Notes under the pieces: model-generated
The model's input: the letters and a program-made list of their open reading frames with translations, nothing else
What the model was told of the DNA's origin: nothing
The model's database searches: none
Shown: one piece after another, positions 25,301 to 36,549 of the stretch
Position numbering within the stretch: position 1 is the stretch's first letter
How the letters are laid out: each line of letters opens with the position of its first letter
DNA from: Eutreptiella sp. 'Long Island Sound 2002'
Taxonomy: Eukaryota; Protista; Euglenida
Direction of reading: 5' to 3'
DNA length: 64,000 bases
Assembly: GCA_964036045.1 (NCBI GenBank)
Contig: OZ038378.1
Location: forward strand, 8,060,001 to 8,124,000
Position numbers and translations under genes: made by a program

Positions 25301-28300
25301 AGTACGCGCAGAGCGATACGGTGACCAGCTGGCACGATTGCTTCGTGGCGTGGGCCATCTGCAACAAGGGCGTGTCAGGAACCTGCCCTACCACTGGCAG
25401 CTGCAGCGTTCCTGATGCATCGTCTGTGATCCCGGCCGCAGATTACTGGACATATTTATCTGGTGTGAGGGGGAGAGGGAGGGAACTGTGCTCTTGGGCG
25501 GGGGGGTGGGGCGGTTCGCAGATTTTTTGGTTTGGGTATTTGCAGTGTCTTGCGGGATTGTACTGTGTCTTGCCGGTGAGCGGACAGGGGTGTGTGTTGG
25601 GGGGGGGGGGGGGGGGCTTGGTTTCGCAGTTTCTTGGTTGTGTCCACCTGTTCCGCAATGAGGTTGACCATCACAGGACTTGGGTGACGCTTTCAGTGCC
25701 ACATGCCCTGAGGACCCCTGAGCAGCAGTGTTGCCAAAACAACACTCCTGTGCTCAATGCGGCATGGCCCAACTGGCTCAGCCACAACGAGCAGCAGCAA
25801 AGCGTAACACCTCATCCACAAGTTTGGTTCATCCTTGTTTATGATACACGTTTGTTTGATGCCAAGGGAGGGGGGCGAGGGCGCCCAGCATTTTAAGGGG
25901 CGCACGGGAAGGGTTGATATTTTGCAGCCATGCCGTCTGCAACAAGCGTGGACTGGAGGTGGTTGCTGTGCGTCCTAGTCGCAGGAATTGCACCAAGCGA
26001 AAGCGCCCACGGACATCATTCAGACTACTCACTTGTGAACAGTATCGTGGCCCTTGTGCTTGCAGAGCATTTGTGGTCAGAGCCTGCTGACATCCACAAT
26101 CGTCTTCTCGCCAAGGCGTAGCTTCTTGACGAGCTCAACAGTTGCCCAGAAGGAAACAACAGACGACCAGGCTGCGCAGATTTGTGCAACAGCACACCAG
26201 CCTACTGGGGAGGTATTTGGTCACAGCGTCCGGTGCCCGCCCCGCCCCTCTGTGTCCAAGCAGGGCCCACTCGCTTCTACAGAATTCCTCCACAACTCCA
26301 CTGACGGCGCTCAGTTCGAGAGCGCGATTGTCTTCGCGGACAACACAAATACGAGCATTACCGCCAGCCGCATTACTTTTGCAATGAACGGGAAAGTGCT
26401 CACGGACTCCAACTACGCAGTCGAGACCATGAATGGGCTACGGGACGTGGTCAGTCCCTACAGCTCTGTGTCCCCCATTGTGTACGCCTACGTGTTCAAC
26501 TTCTGGGAAGGCTACACTGTGATCAAGGAAGAGACTCTCCGCAACGTCTTCCTGGCGGCCGCAGGTTGTGCTGCCCCGAGGTGGTGCACGCACTTGGAGG
26601 AGGGGAGGGCCGTTGGGACGTCAGGCCGACATCAGCCCCTCGCCGATCTCGAGCCCCCTCTCCGTCGCGAATCCGATTTCCAAATTCCAAGTAGTCAAAT
26701 TCGAATTCGCGGTCTGAAGTCGACCCGAATCCGCCGCATTCGAATTGAATCCGGCCGAATCCGAAACCCTCAGGGCAGTGGGGGTGGCCATCAAATGATG
26801 GAAGTGGACAATGGGCTGCTGTTGCATCACGTGAAATCATCCGTGGGAACGGGCGAAGTGGGTAGGGGGGGGTCCGGTGCCCACCATGGGATGGCCCGAG
26901 GAGTTGTCTTGCATCGGGACTTTGGGGACGATGGTACCTCCCTCCCCCTGCACAACACACCTTCGCTGAGCTCATCTTCGTTGGGTCTCACCCCCCAGGG
27001 GTCTCTCCCAGCCGGTACGCGGCGCTCTTTGCGGCCATGCCGGTAATGCACGGCGTCTGCACTCCTACGGCGTTGAGCGGCGTGGTCACCCGCAACGCTC
27101 TTGATGCCGTGCTGTCTGGAGGCAACGCTCCGAAAGCGTGAAGGCAGTAGGTTCTCGCTCTGACAGTGTGTTTCGTTTTCTCACACCAATTTGCATCGTC
27201 TTTCATTCCCGTTCCTTTTTGAAGTCATGCGCCTTTGAGTGGATTGCAGTGGATAGCTCTTGGTAAGTGGCTGCGTTAAACAGGGGAAGTCTACCAAAGG
27301 TCCCACGTACCCCTTCGCTTAGCTCGCCTTCTTTAGGCCTCATCCCCCTTGTGCAACGACCGCCGTGCGCAATGAGCACCCCTTGGCCGGTTTTCCTGGC
27401 GCCCCCCCTTTTCACAGCATCGTGGGTTTGATGGCGGTGGGACGAGTTCTGATGGAGGGCGCAGTTTTGGGGCGTGTAGAACGACTTCTGGGCCTGTGCC
27501 AAGCCCAGGCCAGCAGCACCCAAGCCCGGCCCACGAGGCAGCACAGGCACGTCTTCGGGTCGGTGCAGTCCAGAAGAAGGGGGTGCTTTGTGGGGCATGC
27601 CGCTGGCCCATTCTGTGCACGTTTGCTCGTTGGAGGCCCCCCGCGCTCGCGTGCGGGGCATTGCATCCGATTGTCGGTGCGTCCGTGGGGGATCACCGCG
27701 GAGTGGGGGGTTGCCCCTGGACAGCAGCGCATTGTGCACGTCTGCGTGCACGTTGCAGGCGATTGACCAGAATTCTGTTGATTGATGTTGCTTTGCCTAC
27801 GGGCCCTTCAGGCAGGGCACGGGGTTGCGTTGTGCCGGAGGCAAAATGTCCGGCGGCGGAACTGTCCACGTGTCCAGCCCCGCCCCCCTCCCCCCCCGGC
27901 GCTTTTTTCGTTCAGCGCAGTAGAACGAGCCCCCCCCCCCCTTGTGGTCACACGGGGCAACTTTACGGGCCATTTCGCAGAGGGGGGGGGGGGGGCATTT
28001 TTCCGGCCAGGCCCCGGATTGAGGGGGTGTTGTGCGGGAACGCAGCGCGGCTGCATTGCCGGGCCGGGCCATCCCGTGCAAAGGCAGACGCCCGGTCGTC
28101 AGGGGGCCCTGGTACCCCCCACCCCCCGCCCCCTCCGGGAGTGGCCCCGCAACGTGTCATCAGTCGTCAGTTCCCTCGGGCACACCTTCTGCCCGAGGGA
28201 AAGTGGTGCGGTCGAGGGCCTGGGGGAACGAGCGGACCGAAGGAGCGCGTACGGAACACATATGCGGGGGCACACGGGGGCACACGATTGTTCGTTTGCG

Positions 28301-30043
28301 GAATGTCCTCCGCGGACGCTCGGGGGTTTTGGCGCCATCGTTCTCCCGCGGGATGTGCCTGGCCACGCCTTGTGCGAACGAAACACCGCCTTTTGTACGC
28401 AGTGCGCGGTCGCCCTCGCGCACACTGGGACTCCGATCACGGCAGGTCCCCATGGGACCGCGTCCGAGGGCGGATTGGGGCGGAGGAGGGGCAGGTCTGC
28501 AACCCTGACACGCTGACACGCAAACGGCACACCACGCCACATTCAGCACAGCCCCAACACACCAACTACTGGGCTCCGCGAACGCGGAAACAACACCAGC
28601 AAGAGCACCGGCCGCAGCGGCCGACAGAAAGCAGCGATCCGACGCAACATGCGAAGGGAAGAACGGGTGACCGTCCAGGGCCCCACAAAGGAACAACAAC
28701 CAGACGGAATGTCACACAGGGGCAGGTCTGCAACCCCCAAGGCCCGTCCTGGTGACCGTCCCCGGTCTAAGCCCCACCGCACCCACCGTCGCCTGTGCTG
28801 TGCAGCGGTGTTCGTCGTGTGCCTTGTGTTGCTGGCCAACATCTGGTCGGCGGTGCTGGTGCTGCTGATGGTGGGGCTGATCGACGTCAACATCCTGGGC
28901 TTCATGCACTGGGTGGGGCTGTCCTACAACTCCGTCACCACCATCAACATCCTGTTGGCCATCGGCATCTCCGTCGACTACGCCGTCCACATCGCCCACG
29001 CGTACCTCAGCGCGTTCGGCACACGGCAGGCATGCCCACGGCGTGCACTGCGTGTCAAATGCCTCGTACCCTGCGCCCTGTGCACTACGCCCTTTGCCCT
29101 GTGCCACACGCCCCGCGTCCCGAGCTCTACCCGGTGCGCTCTGTATCACTGGTTCTCTGTCCGTGGACTGTGCCCTATGTCCCTTTGGCAGGGCGTCTTT
29201 AGAATAAGTAGAAGCCAACGGGGGGGGGGGGGGGACTCCTCCCCCAAAACCCCCTACCCCCCCCCCTCCCCAGACCAAAGTGACCATCGTGGGAACAAAC
29301 GAAATTTACAATCGGGAAAATCTGGTGGGACCGTTTTGGGTACACAAATTTTGAGGTCCCAAACCCCCTCCCCCCCCCCGCTCAAAAGACGCCGTGCCAG
29401 TATTGTACGCCGTCCGCCGCGCGCTGCGTACGCTGCGTACGGTGCACACAGTTTGCGCGCGAAGCAACAATGTTTGTATCCGCGAGGCCCCATGCCTCTG
29501 AGCTGCGCCGGTGTAGCCCTACGCTGCGGTGCATGGATGTCCTGCTTTTGTGCCTCTGCAGAGTTGCATCTGTTGACCTTCCGAGACCCGTGTGGCCCAC
29601 GATGCGTGTGTGTCGCGGTGGGCGGACGAGCGTGCCCTGTTTCCCACGCCCGCTACCCCTGCCCCGTGCCTCAGGACCGCGCTTTCCAGGCGCTGTGCGA
29701 CCTCGGCGGGTCTGTCCTCAACGGCGGCCTGACGACGTTTATGGCGCTGATCCCGCTCGGCCTCTCGGATTCGTACGTCTTCAAAGTGTTCTTCCGCATG
29801 TTCGCGCTCATCATCGGCTTCGGGTTGTTCCACGGCGTTTTGGTGCAGCCCGTGCTCTTGTCCCTCATCGGCCCATCGTCCAACCCCCTGCCCAAGGGCC
29901 TGTATGAGCATGACCACCAGTACCCGGAGCTGCCGGACACTGAAGTCAACAAGCCTGAGGAAGCGGACACGGTCACGCGCGCCTCGTATCAAGACCCACT
30001 GCCGGACTGTAGGCATATGGCGCCTGTGCCACCGCCTGTGTGA
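16017..30043 (+). CDS. Patched-domain / NPC1-like sterol-sensing RND-family membrane protein (9 exons, 987 aa)
   Basis: Exons: 16017-16280, 16995-17492, 18423-18830, 20379-20583, 21293-21726, 25183-25462, 26283-26564, 28806-29029, 29675-30043. All phases match and the total is 2964 nt. Motifs: PFLLLGLGIDDSFVIV (GxxxDD, SSD TM4), GASILVTTLTDMVAFFVG, IGISVDYAVHIAHAY, GSVLNGGLTT, FHGVLVQPVLLSLIGP, and the ectodomain NFDTETDPEVLFTPQDSQA. The NPC1 N-terminal domain is absent. Confidence 0.93.
19621..19975. mobile_element. MITE-like element in intron 3 of the Patched-like gene
   Basis: The left end GGTGTGAGTCGTGTA and the reverse complement of the right end (GGTGTAACTCGTGTA) match at 13/15 positions. 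The interior is AT-rich with repeated TTACACG/TACTCG motifs. No clear TSD. Confidence 0.45.
22200..24600. mobile_element. Degenerate retroelement-like remnants in intron 5 of the Patched-like gene
   Basis: Fragmented ORFs with local similarity to 36550-38350 (for example ATGGGC..GTCC..C and TATCACCCA motifs). Confidence 0.3.
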
Positions 30044-30345
30044 GTGCTGTGTGAGTGCTGTGTGAGTGCTGTGTGAGTGCTGTGTGAGTGCTGTGTGAGT
30101 GCTGTGTGAGTGCTGCGTGAGTGCTGTGTGAGTGCTGTGTGAGTGCTGTGTGAGTGCTGTGTGAGTGCTGTGTGAGTGCTGTGTGAGTGCTGTGTGAGTG
30201 CTGCGTGAGTGCTGTGTGAGTGCTGTGTGAGTGCTGTGTGAGTGCTGTGTGAGTGCTGTGTGAGTGCTGCGTGAGTGCTGCGTGAGTGCTGTGTGAGTGC
30301 TGCGTGAGTGCTGTGTGAGTGCTGCGTGAGTGCTGTGTGAGTGCT
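30038..30345 (+). repeat. 11-bp minisatellite (GTGTGAGTGCT) x28
   Basis: 308 bp, exactly 28 units, with occasional GCGTGAGTGCT variants. The first unit contains the TGA stop of the Patched-like gene. Confidence 0.97.
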
Positions 30346-31223
30346 GTGTGCCGTCCTGCCACAAAGACGGAACCAGTGAGGCAGGCGGCATCGCTTTCGC
30401 TGTGGGCCGCGGAAGATGTCAGTGCTGCGGTTGGTATCGGTTGTTGGTGTGCGGATGGGGGGCTGGTGGTTCTGCGCGCTGGTTTTGCGCACGCAGGTTG
30501 CCACAGGCCTCACGAGGAACCGTTTCGCTTCAGGGCGCTGGCATGGCTGAGGCACCGTTGATGGGAGCATCACCTGCCCCTAGCGTCCGCCAGACCAGGC
30601 CTGACGGGATGGGGCTGATCGTCATCGCGCATCGTGCCGACCGAGTGTCAGGCGTGGCGGCAGCAGGAGTACTCAGAGGCACACAATCCTACCGCATTCC
30701 ATTTCCTCGACAGATGGATGGGAGCGGCGCCTGTTGGGGAGGCATTGGGGCTGTGGCAGCCTTTGAAGGTCCGGAAGGGTTGGTTTTTTTTTTCGCCTCA
30801 GGGATACTCCTCGGCCCACCATCCGTCCCTGTCCGTACGCCTCTTCATGGCCTTGTATTGCCGTGTGGTGTGTCCCGCCGCCGCCCCCGCCGCCGCCCCC
30901 GCGGGTCTCTGACACGCGTTCTCACTGGAAGAGGGCCTCCAGGTCCGGGACGGAGCAGGTGAGGCAAGCGTTCAATGGATCAAGAGACGTCACCCGCCTG
31001 CCCTTAGTCTCCGTGGGGCCCACATGTTTCGCTCCGTTTCGTGAGCGGCCGCTTCCTGTTTCAGAGCCGGACCGCCGCCCGGGGGCTGGTTCGTGGGCAC
31101 CGCAGGCGGAGGATGTGCAGGCGGGGGGGCTGATCGGGGCCGGGCAGAGCGTGTGTCACGTGGTGTGGGCCGGGGGGGTGCCGGGCAGTGTGTGCCAAGC
31201 AATGGGTATCGGCTTTGTGCCGG

Positions 31224-31538
<315 letters not shown>

Positions 31539-34500
31539 CCGTGTGTGGGCCTCGTGCGTGCACTGTGTGTCAGATATGTGCACGATGCGCCGCATTCGTG
31601 CGGGGCAGCATGTGCTCTCACTTCAGTACCGCGGCATCGACTGCAAGGCGTCGCAACAATAGCTCCGCCCTGCGCCTGTGAGCTCTGTAAAGTACAAAAC
31701 TTTGCGAGCCCCCCCCCCCCCCACCCGAAAGACGTTTATTTTGCGTACCTGAAAGCGGCGGATGGTTTGTTCTTTCAACGCTACACTTGTCGCCTTCAGT
31801 GCACTTTTGGCTCTGGTTGAGTTGTTTCTTTTGGGGTTTGCACACCAACGACAGCCTCAGCTCTCAGGTGACGGAAGTGTAGGGAACCGACGGCGGGTGG
31901 TGGTCAGATGGCTGTCTTGCATCTCCAACCGACGCAGGTTGCTCATCGACTGGTGCACCGTTGAAGTTGAAGTACCAGAGTCCGTCAGTTTCCGATTTAT
32001 CTAGCGTCAACGGCGGCGCTGCTCTCAGTCATCCGTGTGTTTTGAATGCAAACCTCATGACAGGACCAGCTCAGTGCTTGTTGCTTCCACTCAATGATGT
32101 GTTCTTTGTTTGCGGACCTGGGTGGCATTGCAGGCTGTGGCATGCACCAGAGGGGGTTGGGTTGCGCGTCACTCGTTCACAGGGCGTTTGGAGGAGCCCT
32201 CGCCATTTGCCGAACACGTGTTCTCCTCAAATGAAGATGCGTCAGCAACGGCGTAGAGGTTGGGCTTCAGCTACGCCACGAGGGGCCCGTGTTTTGCGGC
32301 AGTTGCAGATCCGGGGATACGGTCTTCAAAGGGAGGGTGACCTGATGAACCTGTGTGCACCTCCTCCACCAATGCGCCGTTCGGTATTCCAGTACAATAC
32401 CGCTTGTTTGTGCAGGGGCCTGCCTTAATGTTTGATGGTCTATCAATTGCTCCTGTCTGCTGTTGTCCCCCGTCCCCTGTGCCAACGCTTGCACTTGAAG
32501 GGGGTTTTAGGCCACCCCCCACCTCCCATTAGAGTGACGGTCAGCCCTGCCAACTGCTTCTGTCCGCATCCAGCGGCCCTGTGGCCGGTTGTAACCGCCA
32601 GAAATGGCCTGCCAACTGCTTGTCCAACTGCCGGTAGCCGCTGTTGCAACCGCTATGCCAACCCTCCCGTAGGTGCCCTTCCTCTCAAGCGCGTCTCTGC
32701 CTGGGCCGTTGTGTGCCTGTTTCTCTTGAGTGGCCTGGCCCATGTTCCCATGGCAGAAACCTGTGGTCTCCCGCGGGGTACCTGCCCAGGACGTCTGCAG
32801 TGCAAAGCCTTTGCTCCGTTGTGTCGGTCCTTTGGGATGCAACGGGTGCAAGGGATCCGCGCACTCAGAAACAGCCGCGCGGGCACGCCACCGCCAGCCA
32901 GCGGCCGGTCGAGGGCGGTCGGTAGCATTGGCTTCAGGTGTCTGTGCTGCGGCAGTGCAGCCACAACAAACCTTTTATAAATGCATAATTCGTGAGCCCC
33001 GCGGCCCCTCAAATGATTGACCTTCAGGCATTAGACAGTCGTTGAATGTACGCTAGGCTCACCGTTTCTGTCGGTTGTTGTAAGAGACCAGACCAATGCA
33101 TGCCCCGCGGCAAAGGCCACGTCAGTGGCACATTCATCGATCCTGCGATCATTTCACCCCGGTGCTCTGTCTCCAGACAGCCTCACTTGCAGCGCTGTTC
33201 ACAGTGTACAAAATTGCTCGAAGGTCATCTGGGGCCCCTTTGAAATTGCTTCTCCACAGCAGGCCTTAAGGTGGGACTCTGTCGGAAAGCTGGCAGGAAT
33301 CACTGCGATCCGACTTCGCCATTGGTAGCCCTTGCCCAACGATTTGCAACGTCTATATTGTACACTCCCCAATCATCTCCTGTCACTGTTATTGACCTTT
33401 GTACGTGTGATTTTTAGGCTCTGCAACAGAAACGTTTTGGGATTTTTCACAATGTGCAACAGGGTACACAGCCCAGGGTGTCACTGGCATTTTTCAGTGA
33501 CCATCCATGATGTTTGACAGCCCTGACCCCCACCGCGGTGGTGTCCCAAACACACCTTTTTCCGCAGCAACAGCCGTCTGCATGATGCATTTGTCAGGAC
33601 TGTGCGCTCCTAATTGAATTACCACACACGATGCTTTCCCAGTTTATTTGTGGCTCCTTCTTCCCAGGCATCGCGGATCAATGCTCTGTTTACGTGCTGA
33701 AACCAGGAGACATTTCATTGTCTATAAAGCATCGATTCATGCGGTCCACAGTACATTGTACATTGGGCACTGCACTGGCATGCAGTTCTCCACCACCCAT
33801 TTACAGTGGAGAAAGGTGTTCCTGCAACGAGGTGGCGCCTGGTACCCAACACCACACATCCTGTACCTGGACGCTATAGGTAGGTTTCTGCTGTGGTCAG
33901 AGGTTAATCACTTTCGACCCTGCCAAGAGAGAATCACACAATCATTTTCAGTCTCAATTGGAGCCTGGAGAATAACGAACACTGACCCATGGATTGGAGT
34001 AGCTCCCTGTTTTTTTCAACCCCACAGAGATCTCATGTTGGTTGTTGCTAGGTGTGGTCAGGTTTATGGTGAGAGCTGGGCCTGAATTATTATGACTCCA
34101 TCTGTATCCCTCTCGAAAGTTGTATTTCATTGCAAAGGTGTTCGCGAGGATCCAAACACTGTGGATTGAGTCGACCCTTGTGTTGAATGGTAGCCAATGA
34201 TTGAGAGATTTGCTTTTCTGTTGTGCATTGCAAACGGTTTTACTTCTTCTGACCTGATACTCCACGTCTCCAAAACCACGTGTCATATCATGCGGTGCAG
34301 TACAGCAGGTGCAGCCGCCCTGCACTCTTTTGCAAACAACACTGAGGGAGTGTCGCATGAGTTCAGTTGCAGGGGTTGCAGAAGTTGTGGTGCTTGTAGG
34401 GGAGCGCACCGTGCGCTGTGCCCGCGCTGTGCGAAAAGTTGGCTGTTTCCACCACCGGTAGCCATGGGTCCCAGGGTCCTGAATTCTGCACCCCATGCTG

Positions 34501-34695
34501 TTTTGAATTGATCGTGCATGCTTCTGTAGGTGGGTGGTTTTCAGGGGTTGTTCCCGGGGTAAACAACGTTATAACTGGCGCTGTGCCCACGCTGTGCCCA
34601 CGCTGTGCCAAAATGCCCCCCAGGAGGTGCTCAAGAATGGTTCCTCAAGAATTTGGCATCACATAAATATGGTACTGGATCCCTGGTAACCAAGG

Positions 34696-35424
34696 CATCT
34701 ACCCACCCGTCTACCCACTTGAAAAATGCCATCTACCCACCCATTTACCCACCCATATACCCACCCATCTACCCACCCATCTACCCACCCATCTACCCAC
34801 CCATCCACCAACCCAGCTACCCGCCCAGCTACCCACCCTTCTACCCACCCATTTACCCACCCATCTACCCACCTGTCTACCCACCCATCTGCCCACCTGT
34901 CTACCCACCCATCTACCCACCTGTCTACCCACCCATCTACCCACCCATCTACCCGGCCATAGACCAACTTGAAAAATGCCATCTACCCAGCTATCTACCC
35001 ACCCATCCCCCCACCCATTTTCCCACCCATCTACCCACCCATCTACGCACCCATCTACCCACCCATCCCCCCACCCATCTACCCACTTGAAAAATGCCAT
35101 CTACGCACCCATCTACCCACTTGCAAAATGCCATCTACCCACCCATCTACCCACCCATCTATGACCAATCTACCCACATGAAGCATGCCATCTACCCACC
35201 CATGTATTCACCCTTCTACCCACCCATCTACCCACCCATCTATGACCAACCTACCCACTTGAAGAATGCCATCTACCCACCCATGCATTTGTCCTTCTAC
35301 CCACCCATCTACCCACCCATCTACGCACTTCAAAAATGCCATCTGCCCACCCCTCTACTCACACATCTACCGGTTTGAAAAATAGCATCTACCCACCCAT
35401 CTACCCACTTCAAGAATGCCATCC
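34696..35424 (+). repeat. Compound minisatellite: 12-bp ATCTACCCACCC units punctuated by CTTGAAAAATGCC
   Basis: Dozens of 12-mers; the punctuating motif and its variants recur about 8-9 times at irregular spacing. This array produces the YPPI/STHP ORFs in the track. Confidence 0.95.
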
Positions 35425-35985
35425 TTATGGTAGCCATTGCCGTGACCACTACCTACACCAGTTGCACCAAACAAAATTGTCAGATGATGCATCCTTTACC
35501 TTGATTTTAACATGTTGTGAATTTTGGGCCAAAGAAAGCCGGAGTGGTTAGCTCCAAGGTGTTGCATCACCAACAAGCTGAAAATTTTCATTATCACATC
35601 CCCATGCCGCAATTCACAGAACTGATATTGGTGCCTCTTTCCTTTAAAATTCCGCCAAGTTCTTGTTTTTCGTCCCTGAAATTTACTTGAGCGCCAAAGG
35701 GATGTGAAAAGGGGTGTGCAGGGCAGGGGGGGGGGGGGGGCGTGCCCGGGTCATTGACGTCGACCCCCCCCCCTTTCCTGGAAATTGGCTAGAAAGTGCC
35801 AGTCCATTGGGGCCAAAGCCGCCATAGGCAAAATATGCTTGAGTTGGTAAAAGGTAAAACAAATGTGTGTTCCCCCCATGTGCCTCCACTCAGTATACCC
35901 GGAATTTGTAGGAGAATTCAAAAATGGGCAAAACTTGGCACTTTTCAGGTAGCACAAAATTAGTATCCCATCTCTGACCACCACG

Positions 35986-36067
35986 TATAAGAGATGGCCA
36001 CTACCCTATTTGGTGGTGCACTGCACCTGCAATGTGAGAGTCCTGGGTTCAATCCCTTGCTCTTATA
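35986..36067 (+). pseudogene. tRNA-like cloverleaf (Cys-GCA-like loop); tRNA pseudogene or SINE head
   Basis: TATAAGAG/CTCTTATA terminal stem, CCAC..GTGG D-like stem, CAC-CTGCAAT-GTG anticodon-like arm, and a T-loop/B-box GGGTTCAATCCC. The stems are imperfect. Confidence 0.45.
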
Positions 36068-36159
36068 GCATTGGGCCACAACGTGATAGGGGTGGTCGAG
36101 GGCTAGAAATGTTTCTTTCCTTTTTTTTTTTGCCAATGCCTCATCATGAATCTACTTTT

Positions 36160-36350
36160 CCAAGGCAGGGGTTATGTAGCCACTTTTGATGTTGTCCCCT
36201 TTGTTGGGGACCCCAAAGAATGCAGGGGTGATGTAGCATTTCCGCCCAGTTTTGGTCCCCCAAGAAGGCAGTGGTGATGTCACCACTTTTGAATTTGTCC
36301 TCTTTGTTGGGGACCCCTGAGAATGCAGGGGTTATGTAGCATTTCCGCCC
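36160..36350 (+). repeat. Tandem repeats of the GCAGGGGTTATGTAGC(C)A family; related copies at about 19845, 46112 and 53927
   Basis: Four alternating copies arranged as an approximately 100-bp dimer. GGCAGGGGTTATGTAGCCACTTT is shared exactly with 19845-19867. Confidence 0.75.
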
Positions 36351-36549
36351 GCATCAACTCTGTCTTGAAACCAAGCATGGTTCGGCCTAGGTGGGGCGCC
36401 ACTGGCAACAGTGGCCGGGAATTGACTCGGGGGTGCTATGCCCCGAAACAAAAGTACCACCAACCATCCGCCCCCCCCCCTGTTGCAAAAATTTTTTCCC
36501 AACATACATACCATAAAAGGATTAGCATGATGAGGCGGTCATTTTGAGC

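Noticed and set aside
26110-26150. Antisense similarity to Patched exon 5 (CTGGGCAACTGTTGAGCT vs CTGGGGCACTGTTGAGCT)
   Set aside because: The match is too short and does not extend; probably coincidental.
31866-32022. Exon-like minus-strand frame (LDKSETDGLWYFNFNGAPVDEQP...*)
   Set aside because: No linked upstream exon or recognisable family; indistinguishable from a chance open frame.
34696-35424. CRISPR-like array (constant CTTGAAAAATGCC motif with intervening sequence)
   Set aside because: The intervening sequences are themselves tandem 12-mers rather than unique spacers, spacing is irregular, no cas genes are present and the context is eukaryotic.
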